A stretch of 64,000 nt of DNA from Myxococcota bacterium (lineage in GTDB: Bacteria; Myxococcota_A; SURF-8), in NCBI GenBank assembly GCA_963674735.2, contig CAXXQS010000002.1, forward strand, positions 2,016,001-2,080,000, read 5' to 3'. Below the pieces are notes generated by a model. It did no database searches and was not told the origin of the DNA. It saw only the letters and a list, made by a program, of their open reading frames with translations. The position numbers and the translations under genes are program-made. Shown here piece after piece: positions 28,535 to 37,890 of this stretch. Each line of letters opens with the position of its first letter. Position 1 is the first letter of the stretch.

Positions 28535-29559
28535 CATGGCTGGAGGAATCGCAGCAGGCGACGGGTGACGGTCGCAGGGTCGGGCAAGGTTTGGGTGAAA
28601 GCACGTGCCTGTGCGCCCATCATGGAACGGTGTTTCGGGTCGTCAATCAAGGCCTGCACGGCTTCCGCCAGCTCCGGCGTTTCCATGCGAGGCAAGATCC
28701 GCAGGCCCGTCCCCGTTCCCAGGTCGTTCCAGCCGGAGTGTCGGGCGGTCAGCACCGGCCGTCCCGCTTGCATCGCGCTCAAGGCATACGCACCCGGACC
28801 CGCCCCATCCGAGGCATCGATGAACAGGTCGGCCAGAGTCAGCAGTTCCGCAATCGGCGCATCGCTGTCGAAAATGTGCACCCGCCCCGCTAGCCCGAAC
28901 GATAGTGCCAGTGATTCAAAATAGTTGCGATCCGGCCCGTCTCCGATAGCCAGCAGCTTCAGATGGGGTAGGGACGTTTCGAGACGTTTCAAGCTACGCA
29001 GAACAACCGCCATGTCCGAGCCGGGTTCGAGGGCACGCCAGACGAGCAGGAAGTGATCGTTGCTGCGCGCTTGTACGCGTCGTTTGAGACGGGTCAGGCG
29101 TGTGTCGTCGAGCGCGGCGAGCTTTGTCAGCGGTAAGACCGGAAGAACGAACACGTTATCGGGGGCGACACCACCGGTGACCAACCTTTCGGCAATGGCT
29201 GACGATGCGGCCAGATAGCGGCGGTCGGGATGAACGGCTTGTGCCAAGGACTCGCTTTCACCGACGAAAAGCCATTCGAGGGGTTGCGGTTTCACGGGTT
29301 TGCGGAAGGGGCGGCGTTTGTGCCACGGCCGTTTGGCTGGACGATATTCGACGATCCGTCCGTCTTCCGGTGTGTTTAACGTTTCCGGAATACAGGCGTT
29401 TTGGCGCAGCATGGATAAAAGCGGGTCGTCGGGAGCGGCTTCGTACAGGGTTGTATGGATGGATAGCTGGGCCGGGTCGAGGGCATGCAGGATTCCCCAC
29501 AACCCGGCGGCGGCCGCGGCGCGGCGACGATCATGAGCGATAACGGACAGATGCGGCAT
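28534..29559 (-). CDS. GT-B (family 4-like) glycosyltransferase, divergent
   Basis: LLAIGDGPDR, LADLF, LSAMQAGRPV; start MPHL with SD ggggag. Confidence 0.75.
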   Translation of the reverse strand: MPHLSVIAHDRRRAAAAAGLWGILHALDPAQLSIHTTLYEAAPDDPLLSMLRQNACIPETLNTPEDGRIVEYRPAKRPWHKRRPFRKPVKPQPLEWLFVGESESLAQAVHPDRRYLAASSAIAERLVTGGVAPDNVFVLPVLPLTKLAALDDTRLTRLKRRVQARSNDHFLLVWRALEPGSDMAVVLRSLKRLETSLPHLKLLAIGDGPDRNYFESLALSFGLAGRVHIFDSDAPIAELLTLADLFIDASDGAGPGAYALSAMQAGRPVLTARHSGWNDLGTGTGLRILPRMETPELAEAVQALIDDPKHRSMMGAQARAFTQTLPDPATVTRRLLRFLQP

Positions 29560-29658
29560 GCTCCCCTGGCTTTCACGCGTGATTCCGATCGGGGTCGACT
29601 TCCGGCATCTTAGAGAATTCGAACCGTCGGCGCAAGTGCGAAAAGGATCGGACGAAGC

Positions 29659-29687
29659 TTGACAGTCGAGTCGCGGCGTTTTAAGCT
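29659..29687 (+). promoter_or_regulatory. sigma70-type promoter
   Basis: TTGACA-17bp-TAAGCT. Confidence 0.6.
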
Positions 29688-29734
29688 GATCTATCGAGTA
29701 TCGGATTTGAGAATAACCGAAGTGGTGGTAAACG

Positions 29735-30988
29735 ATGAAGCAGTGGATCAATCGATATGGCGGCCTGTGTGCGGTCCTCGTTCTCTTGACGACCGGCGTG
29801 ATTTTGGCCTGTTCCACCTTTTCAAGCGGATCGAGTTCCGAGAGTTTGGGGCAGGACTGCACGGGTAGCGGGGATTGTTCCTATGGCGAGGCCTGTGTGA
29901 CTTACGGCTTGGTGTGCGATTCGGATGGCGAAGCCTGTGAAGCGGCCAGCTTGTGCGTCCCGGAATTCTGCAATGCCGATGCGGATTGCATGAATACCGA
30001 TATGCTGCGTTGCTGCCGTGGCCGTTGCACCGATCGCGACGCCGATTGCCAATCCCCTTGCTCCATCAACGAAGATTGCGAATCGGGCATGTGTGTGGCC
30101 GGAAGCTGCGTCTCGATTCCGGGTGTCAGCGGCGAAAGCTGCCAAACTTCCGATGAGTGTCAGGAAGGCTATCTATGTCTGGCGGGTTTTTGCGTCGAGA
30201 ATCCCGGTGTGGACGGCGGCCAGTGCAACACGGATGCCGATTGCCAGTCGGGCACCTGCACGGCGGGTTTCTGCGTCGGGGGCGAAACCGGCCAGTGCGT
30301 CAGTGCCGACGATTGCCCGGGCGATGGGGCTATTTGTCTTTTAGGAACCTGCGTGGGCGGCACGAGTTCCTGTCAGACGGATGAAGACTGCCTGCCCGGC
30401 CAGAGTTGCGATGCGGGCGTTTGCACCGGCGAGGTGGTGTTGACCTGCGAGAGCGACGAGGATTGTCCCGCCGCCTACCGTTGCAACGACGGCGCCTGCA
30501 TTCCGGAATGGATCATTCCCTGCGAAACCAGCAAGGATTGCGAAGAAGGGTTCGTGTGCACCAATGGTCAGTGCTTGCCGGAAGGCGTGGAAACCTGCGA
30601 TACCAATGACGATTGCGAGGGCGATCAACTGTGCATTGCGGGCGTTTGCGTGGGCGATATTCCCGTCGACGGCGATGACGGTCGCTGTGAAGACGACTAC
30701 GATTGTGCGCCCGGTGAAAGCTGCATCGCCACCTTCTGCATCGACACCGGCGATGTGGATGTCCGTAGTTGCGATACGGATGCCGATTGCATTCGCGGTC
30801 AGAGCTGCGTTCTCGGCTTTTGTGTCGAAGCGCCGTCCCCCGGACGTCCCTGCGTCGACAGCAGCGATTGCAACGGCGGCGTGTGCATCCTGGGCCGCTG
30901 TTGGGGCGATTCGTCCCAAGGCTGCGAAAGCTCCGCCGATTGTCCGCCCGGCCAGGAATGCATCATGCAGACCTGCATTTCGTTTTAA
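29735..30988 (+). CDS. Cys-rich repeat lipoprotein (about 14 Cxx[D/S/N]xDC...CxxGxC modules)
   Basis: Lipobox ILAC; repeats such as CQTDEDCLPGQSCDAGVC. Confidence 0.85.
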   Translation: MKQWINRYGGLCAVLVLLTTGVILACSTFSSGSSSESLGQDCTGSGDCSYGEACVTYGLVCDSDGEACEAASLCVPEFCNADADCMNTDMLRCCRGRCTDRDADCQSPCSINEDCESGMCVAGSCVSIPGVSGESCQTSDECQEGYLCLAGFCVENPGVDGGQCNTDADCQSGTCTAGFCVGGETGQCVSADDCPGDGAICLLGTCVGGTSSCQTDEDCLPGQSCDAGVCTGEVVLTCESDEDCPAAYRCNDGACIPEWIIPCETSKDCEEGFVCTNGQCLPEGVETCDTNDDCEGDQLCIAGVCVGDIPVDGDDGRCEDDYDCAPGESCIATFCIDTGDVDVRSCDTDADCIRGQSCVLGFCVEAPSPGRPCVDSSDCNGGVCILGRCWGDSSQGCESSADCPPGQECIMQTCISF

Positions 30989-31006
30989 TCCGATATTTTT
31001 ACCCGA

Positions 31007-32170
31007 TCAGATTTGCCAGGGTAAAGCCGGCATGGCGTGCAGGCGTTCGGCCGCTTCGGCCAGCGTCCAGTTCTCGATCCGGTCGGCGTAAGTCTCGTTC
31101 AACCAACTCAGAAAAGCATCGATGGCCTCGAAGTCCTGGACCGATTTGCTGTGGTGATTCACCACCACCGGCAGAGTCGTTTCCAGACCACCGAAACGGC
31201 GTTCGGCTTCCTCGAAGATCTGCTCCGTGATCCAGCGCATTTCAAACAACGTGGTCAGGCTCAAATCGAAAATCACTACCCGATCCTCGATCAGGATATC
31301 TTGCACTGTGCGCAGTTTGTTCCGCACGGTTTTCAGTAGTCCGGAGTCACTACAGGCCGTGGCCTTATTCGTAGCAGGTTGAATCGGCTTTGATTTGATC
31401 GAAGACGGCGAGTTATTATCGTTCAAACCTTCGATTTTCCCACGGACTTTGCGCGATAGTTCCTCAAAGCGCCAGCTCAAGTTCACGCGGCGGGTTTGAG
31501 TGGGAATTTCGAGGAACCGCTGGCCGGTTGTTTGAGAGGCGAGATGGCGCACATCCTGCGGGTCGGCAAAATAGGGCGCGAAAGCTTCGTCCACCTCGCG
31601 GTAATCCACCGGAGCCCGTTCGCGGGTGGAGAGCACTCCGGGAGCCACGCTCACGTCCGTGTCGATGCCGCATTCGAGCAGAATGTCCACCAGCGGCTGG
31701 CTTGGGTTCATGGGCCAGGTTCCCGAGCGGAAGCATCGGCAGCGGTAAGCGGCATTCAAGGGCTGCAATAGCTTTTCGAGCAGCGGTTTGCCCGTCGTCA
31801 CCATTTCGCGGATCTGCGCTTCCGGGCACAGCGGCAGCGACCAGTTGTCACCCAGTTTCCAGCTTCCCGCCTCATAAACGGCGTCGACCCATTGCGGATG
31901 CAGATGCAGTTGGACGTCGTGACCGCGTAAGATCGCGGCTTCCAGCGTGCGTCGCCACATGTCGCAGGGGAGGGCGAATTCCGGATGCTTAGGCAGATGC
32001 GCCTGCATGCGCCGGTAATGCATCACTTCGGCCATGATCGTGTAGCGCATGCCGTGACGCTCGAAAATATCCATCAAGCGCCAGGCGGGACCAACCATCA
32101 GACGCAAGACATCGCCCGTTCCGTCGCCGCGAACTTCCCAATCGTCGGTGAACACAAACGCCAGTTTCAT
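31007..32170 (-). CDS. Polysaccharide deacetylase (CE4/NodB-like)
   Basis: FTDDWE, GHDVQLHLHPQW, FRSG, HHSK. Confidence 0.8.
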   Translation of the reverse strand: MKLAFVFTDDWEVRGDGTGDVLRLMVGPAWRLMDIFERHGMRYTIMAEVMHYRRMQAHLPKHPEFALPCDMWRRTLEAAILRGHDVQLHLHPQWVDAVYEAGSWKLGDNWSLPLCPEAQIREMVTTGKPLLEKLLQPLNAAYRCRCFRSGTWPMNPSQPLVDILLECGIDTDVSVAPGVLSTRERAPVDYREVDEAFAPYFADPQDVRHLASQTTGQRFLEIPTQTRRVNLSWRFEELSRKVRGKIEGLNDNNSPSSIKSKPIQPATNKATACSDSGLLKTVRNKLRTVQDILIEDRVVIFDLSLTTLFEMRWITEQIFEEAERRFGGLETTLPVVVNHHSKSVQDFEAIDAFLSWLNETYADRIENWTLAEAAERLHAMPALPWQI

Positions 32171-32348
32171 GGTCCCATCCCGTATGAAGTTACATGCCGC
32201 TCATCCTACTCCGCCGTAGAGCGAAATGCAATGCACAACGCACATGCGTACATCACGGGATCGTACAAGTGAGACCACTACAGCGCCTTTCACGAGTGTG
32301 AAACGGTTGGCGATGCAGCTGCTCCCACGGTCGAACCGGTTAAAACAA

Positions 32349-33164
32349 CTAGGGTCTTTCCTGTATCAGGTCGTTACGGACGCAGAGCGAATGACAGGCC
32401 GGGCCGTCTGTCCAGGTGCAGGTGTGGGTGGCGGATGGGCAGTCGGCGTAGTTGGTGCAGGTGGAATCGGCGCAGGAAGCCGGTTCGCAGTTTCCATCCT
32501 CACAGATTCCCCAAACAAGCACGTTTTCCGCTTCACCGACCCGGCAATCGGCGTCCGTAACGCATTCGCTGGCGGCCAGGAGATCCGCATTGGATTCGCA
32601 AGGCATGGGTAACGCCATACACAGATTGCCGAAAACAAGCTGGCATTCATTGAAAACGTTGCCCACTTTGTTGACGCCCTGGTCGTAGGACATGATCGTA
32701 CAAAAGGGGTTGGGCTGGTCGAGGGTGCAGGTTACATCGGAGGGCAGGCAAAGCCCGGACATATCGGAGCCGCACACCGGTTCCCAGCACCAGGCTGTAT
32801 CACCACAACCCGTGTAGCCGATGCCCCCGCACTTACCTTCGCTCTGGCTCTCGATATCGGCGATGAATGACGAAAGGAGGGGGGAGTCGCCATCGGGATC
32901 GTCTCCATCGGGATCGTCTCCATCGGGATCGTCGCCATCGGGATCGTCGCCGTCGGGGCTGTCGCCGTCGGGGCTGTCGCCGTCGGGATCGTCGCCGTCG
33001 GGATCGTCGCCGTCGGGATCGTCGCCGTCGGGATCGTCGCCATCGGGCGCATCTCCATCAGGGTTGTCGCCGTCGATGTCCGGATCTTCAGTATCCGAAT
33101 CGCAGGCGCACAGGACAAGGCACAGGATTCCGATGAAAATGGAAAATAGGATCGTGCGTGACAT
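32349..33164 (-). CDS. Cys-rich lipoprotein with DGD tether
   Basis: Lipobox LCAC, 13 DGDxP repeats, Cys-rich C-terminal domain; SD gaggag. Confidence 0.85.
   Translation of the reverse strand: MSRTILFSIFIGILCLVLCACDSDTEDPDIDGDNPDGDAPDGDDPDGDDPDGDDPDGDDPDGDSPDGDSPDGDDPDGDDPDGDDPDGDDPDGDSPLLSSFIADIESQSEGKCGGIGYTGCGDTAWCWEPVCGSDMSGLCLPSDVTCTLDQPNPFCTIMSYDQGVNKVGNVFNECQLVFGNLCMALPMPCESNADLLAASECVTDADCRVGEAENVLVWGICEDGNCEPASCADSTCTNYADCPSATHTCTWTDGPACHSLCVRNDLIQERP
32880..33074 (-). repeat. 15-bp coding tandem repeat (DGDxP)x13
   Basis: 195 bp of gggatcgtcgccgtc-type units. Confidence 0.95.
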
Positions 33165-33415
33165 AGCGATCTCCTCGATAATGGCAGTCGTCTGGAAACA
33201 ATGCAATAGTTTGGTCTGTGGCAAGTGACTTAATCATTAAATAAATTAATTTGGGTGTCAACAGAAAACCGTGCGTGAGAGCGCCTGCTTGCTGCATTTG
33301 GATCGCTTAACGTTCACCCGGCGTTCACCTGGGCTGAATAACTGGTTTCGGATCGTGGAAATGTGGTATGAAAACGAAATGAATGCTGGATGGGTTTGAT
33401 GACGAGGGAGCCGGT

Positions 33416-34489
33416 ATGTCTCGCCGTATCGACATCGATTGGCTGCGCATTTTGGCCACGCTGCTGCTGTTTGTCTTTCACGTGGGGAAAGCCTACGATG
33501 TTCCCCCCTTCTATCAGGTTAAAGCTCCAGATCCGAGCCCCTGGTTGAGTCACCTTACCGGGTTCATTCATATCTGGCATATGCCGTTGTTCTTCGCCGT
33601 GGCGGGCTGGTCGGTTTATGCCTCACTTATGCGTCGCGGCGCGGGGATGTTTGTGCGTGAGCGCGTGCGGCGACTGCTCATCCCTTTTTTAATCGGCTGC
33701 GTGATGATCTGTCCGGCCATGCAATACGTTTACGCGATCAATCAGCGGGGGTATACGGGAACATTCGGAGAGTTCATTCCGTTGTTTTTCACCTCGCTTA
33801 CGTGGTTCAGCTGGTCGCATCTCTGGTTTCTGATCTACCTGTTTACCTTTACCCTGCTGTATCTGCCGCTTTTCAAATATCTTGCGGCGCGCAGTCCGTC
33901 GCAACACGTGGCGGCTTGGCGTTTATGGATACCGCTTCCGATTCTGGTGGCGATTCAGGTTGTGCTGCGGCCCCTATGGCCGGGTTTCCAAAATTTGTTC
34001 GACGACTGGGCCAACTTCACCTACTACAGCACTTTTTTCACTATGGGTTTCGTTTTGGCCTGGCATCCGACGGTCGAAGCTTCCGTGCAGGCACGTTGGA
34101 AGACTTTCCTGCTTATCGCTGTGGTGAGTACACTTTTGTTTCCACCCCTTGAAGGGTGGCTGGTTTGGGGGATGCCGCACCGCGTGCTGTTTGCCGTGGC
34201 GAGTTACCACTGGGTACTGGCGTTGTGGGGCATTGCCCATCGCGGGTTCAAATGGTCGGGCCGAAACCGCCGCTATTTGAGCGAGGCCGCCTATCCGCTG
34301 TATTTTCTGCACCAGGCGTTCATTATTATACCCGGATACTGGATCGTGCAGCAGCCCTGGCCTCTGGTGTTGCGTTTTGGGGTTTCGCTGGCGGTAGCGG
34401 TGACGGCCAGCTTTGCTGTCTATCACGGTTTGATCCGACCGTTCAACTCCCTGCGCGCCCTGTTCGGCATGAAGCCCAAACGTGGTTAA
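33416..34489 (+). CDS. Acyltransferase-3 family (MdoC/OpgC-like) membrane protein
   Basis: DIDWLR, HMPLFF.VAG, RRLLIPF, HLWFL.YL, YPLYFLHQ. Confidence 0.88.
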   Translation: MSRRIDIDWLRILATLLLFVFHVGKAYDVPPFYQVKAPDPSPWLSHLTGFIHIWHMPLFFAVAGWSVYASLMRRGAGMFVRERVRRLLIPFLIGCVMICPAMQYVYAINQRGYTGTFGEFIPLFFTSLTWFSWSHLWFLIYLFTFTLLYLPLFKYLAARSPSQHVAAWRLWIPLPILVAIQVVLRPLWPGFQNLFDDWANFTYYSTFFTMGFVLAWHPTVEASVQARWKTFLLIAVVSTLLFPPLEGWLVWGMPHRVLFAVASYHWVLALWGIAHRGFKWSGRNRRYLSEAAYPLYFLHQAFIIIPGYWIVQQPWPLVLRFGVSLAVAVTASFAVYHGLIRPFNSLRALFGMKPKRG

Positions 34490-34555
34490 TGAACCCCATT
34501 CGTTCGATCTTTTCACATCTGCATTATTGCACTGATTGCCCCCGTAGATCCATTA

Positions 34556-34584
34556 TTGACATTGTTGTAGAATCCGCTTACACT
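34556..34584 (+). promoter_or_regulatory. Near-consensus sigma70 promoter
   Basis: TTGACA-17bp-TACACT. Confidence 0.7.
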
Positions 34585-34696
34585 CTCTCGCGAAGGTGGT
34601 ACAAGTAGTAAAAATCAATAAGTCGTCTTCGCGGCCAATGAGTCGTTGTGCGTTGTCGCGACTGCGAAGCGAAGAGCGGGGAATCAGGAATTCACG

Positions 34697-36505
34697 ATGG
34701 ACTGCTTGTTGTTACATGTACCTGGAGGTCACGGCGAAGGGCAGCGTAGCCTGCCGATCATGGCCGCCGGAATCTTTTCGATTGCCGATGTTCTCCATGA
34801 AAACGGTTTCAATACCCAGATCGTCAATCTGGCGGTCAAGCGTCGTTTTCACACCGAGTTCAAGCTGGATGAATTTATTCGCGATGAACAACCGATGGTG
34901 GTGGGAATCAGCCTCCAGTGGCATATGCAATTGGCCGATGCCGTCGATACGGCGCGGCTGGTGAAAACGCAAAACCCGCAAACCAAGGTCGTGGTTGGAG
35001 GGATGACCGCCACGATCTTTGCCGAAGATCTTTTAAAGGACTACCCGTTTATCGATTTCGTCATTCGCGGTGATGGCGAGGTTCCGTTTTTGAATCTGAG
35101 TCAAGAGTTGTATTCGCAACAGGAACGCTACGCAAGCATCCCTAATCTGGTGTGGCGCGACGAAGATAAACGGGCGCAATTCAACCCGGTCAGTTATGTT
35201 AATGATGTGGAGAACACCCAGTTCATGTCGCATGTGCGTTTGGACCTGATGCGGGATGCGAAAATCTATGTGGGGGAGGATCTTCAGTTCGATATCCAGC
35301 ATAGCCCGAAAAACGTTTTTTATTATCATTTCGGGAAGGGCTGCAAAGCGAATTGTACGTTTTGCGGCGGTGGGTCGAAGGCGCACAAGGATCTTTACGG
35401 GCGAAAGAGTTATTTTTTCTACGACAACCAGAAGGTTCTACGTGATCTTCATGATTTGCAGGGATACGGTGTCAACACGCTTCGCGTCTGCTTCGATCCC
35501 GATCCGCAGAGCGACCGGTTTGTCGAGATCTTCAAGGCCATCAAGCGGAACAAGCATCTGTTCCGCATGCTTTTCGAATGTTTCGGGTTGCCCGACGATG
35601 CCTTCCTCGATGCCTTCAAGGACACATTCCGGGATGATTCGACCATCATGATTTCACCCATGTGCGGGTCGGACTCCGTGCGCCGTCGCATGGGCGGATT
35701 CATTTACAGCAATGCCGAACTGCACGATTGCGTGAGCCGCATGACGCAGCGTGGAATTCGGGTTTCGTTGTTTTTCACCTTCGGTCTCCCGTTCGAGAAG
35801 ATGGAAGATCTGGAGGCGACCCAGGCTCTCATGGTCGAGATGCAGAAGCTTGGAGCGAGTTGCTTCAGTCTACCGCTCGAACCCGATCCGTCTTCCCCCA
35901 TGCTCAATCACCCCGAGGACTTTGGTGTGACGGAGCATCTGAGCAGTCTGGCCGATTATGTCGCCTACGCCCGCCGGGCCGAGACCGATCAGATTTATCG
36001 AACCGAATGGCTGAGCAAAGAGCAGATTCTGGCGGGTCTCAAACGGCTGGAATCGATCGAAACGAAAGTGGGCGATACCAGCACGGCTTGGAATGCCTCG
36101 TTGCTTGCGGAGAGGCGCAGTATTGAAAACCCGGTTGACCAACTTCGTGAAATAAAAGCGAAAATCGATATCGAGCTGAATAGGAAACGGCGTGAACTGG
36201 CGCTGCTTTCCAAGGTCTCGACGTTACTGCGGCCGGTTATCACCGGGCGGAAAAAATTGCGAAGCGGTTTTAAACTAAACCGGATTGTTCACCGTGAAGA
36301 CGGCAATTATTCGATCGAGTGGATTCGTGAGAGCCAAATGCTTGTCGTCACGATCGTGTTGGATGATTTCACCGGACCTGTCGCCTTTTCCAATGGCGGT
36401 ATCGGGATTATTTACGAGCGATTGGTCGGCATGGTCGAGGCTGACCCCACCGTACTGGAGATCGAGCGGGACTTGATGGATTTGGTCGATCTTTTTGCCC
36501 GTTGA
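34697..36505 (+). CDS. Cobalamin-binding radical SAM protein with extra C-terminal domain
   Basis: VVGISL, VVVGGMTAT, DFVIRGDGE, GCKANCTFC. Confidence 0.88.
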   Translation: MDCLLLHVPGGHGEGQRSLPIMAAGIFSIADVLHENGFNTQIVNLAVKRRFHTEFKLDEFIRDEQPMVVGISLQWHMQLADAVDTARLVKTQNPQTKVVVGGMTATIFAEDLLKDYPFIDFVIRGDGEVPFLNLSQELYSQQERYASIPNLVWRDEDKRAQFNPVSYVNDVENTQFMSHVRLDLMRDAKIYVGEDLQFDIQHSPKNVFYYHFGKGCKANCTFCGGGSKAHKDLYGRKSYFFYDNQKVLRDLHDLQGYGVNTLRVCFDPDPQSDRFVEIFKAIKRNKHLFRMLFECFGLPDDAFLDAFKDTFRDDSTIMISPMCGSDSVRRRMGGFIYSNAELHDCVSRMTQRGIRVSLFFTFGLPFEKMEDLEATQALMVEMQKLGASCFSLPLEPDPSSPMLNHPEDFGVTEHLSSLADYVAYARRAETDQIYRTEWLSKEQILAGLKRLESIETKVGDTSTAWNASLLAERRSIENPVDQLREIKAKIDIELNRKRRELALLSKVSTLLRPVITGRKKLRSGFKLNRIVHREDGNYSIEWIRESQMLVVTIVLDDFTGPVAFSNGGIGIIYERLVGMVEADPTVLEIERDLMDLVDLFAR

Positions 36506-36532
36506 CACTTGTCCCACGCGTGCAAACGCGAG

Positions 36533-37615
36533 CTACTTTTTCCAACGCTTCTTGAAGTTTTTCTGGATTTTACTGACTTCCTTCCACTTTCGCCGTTCCG
36601 CGCCGGCTGCTCCGTAGGTCAGTCTTTCCTTCAACTCATGTAATTCCGTGCGCTGTTTGGCGTAACTCTCGAAGCGCACGGGGTCCAGTTCGCCTTTTTC
36701 CAGTGCCGAGCGGACGGCGCAGCCCGGTTCCTGCTGGTGCTGACAGTCGCGGAAACGGCAAGCGGCGGCCAGTTCGGCAATGTCGGCGAAACTGTTCTGC
36801 AATCCTTTTTCATCGGCCCACAGTTGAAGCTCGCGCATGCCGGGGGTGTCGATCACCATCCCGCCCTCGGGCAAGCGAATCAATTCCCGATGGGTGGTGG
36901 TGTGACGGCCTTTGAGATCCGATTCCCGCACGGCTCCGACTTTTTGCCGGTCGTAACCCAACAGGCGATTGATCAGCGTCGATTTCCCCACGCCGGACGA
37001 TCCCAAAAAAGCGAGGGTTTGTCCCGGCTTGGCATAATGCATCAGAACCTCGAAGCCCTCTTCATTCTGGGCGCTGCAGGCATGTAGAGGCACGCCCGGA
37101 GCGATGGCGGCCACTTCTGCGAGGCGGCTTTCGAGATCGTCGCAGAGATCCGTTTTATTGAGCAAAATGACCGGGACCGCGCCGGATTCGTAGGCCAGGG
37201 TGAGATAGCGTTCCATGCGCCGGAGGTTGTAGTCGTTGTCCAGTCCGCTGACCAGGACCACCGTATTCACGTTGGCGGCCACCACCTGGGCCTGATTCTC
37301 AAGGCGCGCATGCTTGCGGGTGAAGGCGCTGAAACGGGAAAGAACGGCGTGGATGCGTACCAGACCGTCGCGGTCGGTAGAGGTGGCGGCCACCCAATCG
37401 CCCACGGCGGGATAATCGGCCACACTTTGTGCATGGTGGCGAAAAATACCGGTGATTTTACCGGACTGGGGACCCTCTTCGGATATGAGGCGGAAATGGC
37501 CACGGTCTTCGCGTACAACTCGGGCAGGCCAGATATCGGGAAAGTCGAGGCTGTCGAAGGAGGCCTCGAAAGCCGCTGTCCAACCTAGTTCGGTCAGATT
37601 TTCATATGATTCCAT
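36533..37615 (-). CDS. rsgA: Ribosome small subunit-dependent GTPase A
   Basis: NKTD, GSSGVGKST, GRHTT, DTPGMRE, CRFRDCQHQQEPGC. Confidence 0.95.
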   Translation of the reverse strand: MESYENLTELGWTAAFEASFDSLDFPDIWPARVVREDRGHFRLISEEGPQSGKITGIFRHHAQSVADYPAVGDWVAATSTDRDGLVRIHAVLSRFSAFTRKHARLENQAQVVAANVNTVVLVSGLDNDYNLRRMERYLTLAYESGAVPVILLNKTDLCDDLESRLAEVAAIAPGVPLHACSAQNEEGFEVLMHYAKPGQTLAFLGSSGVGKSTLINRLLGYDRQKVGAVRESDLKGRHTTTHRELIRLPEGGMVIDTPGMRELQLWADEKGLQNSFADIAELAAACRFRDCQHQQEPGCAVRSALEKGELDPVRFESYAKQRTELHELKERLTYGAAGAERRKWKEVSKIQKNFKKRWKK

Positions 37616-37890
37616 GCAGAGATCTCCCGGTTGACTCTTTGCCGTTTCCCGCCTGCTATTGCGCACTTATCCTAACGCGGAGAGCGACAATTCGCAAGCT
37701 TGGGATGATCCTTGATTTCGATCACGTGTTTCCTGCGTGATTCCGGAAGGAGGCTGGTATCAAAAACGTCAAGATATTGAGTAAACGACCGAATCATATC
37801 ATATAAGTAGGGTGTACTTTGATTCGATAAGCTATTCTTCCGATTGCCCGCAAGTTAAACGGATATTCTTGCAAGAAGCAAAGGATCGAG

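Noticed and set aside
32880-33074. Possible CRISPR or DGR repeat array
   Set aside because: Contiguous 15-bp in-frame coding repeats with no spacers, and no cas or reverse transcriptase genes.
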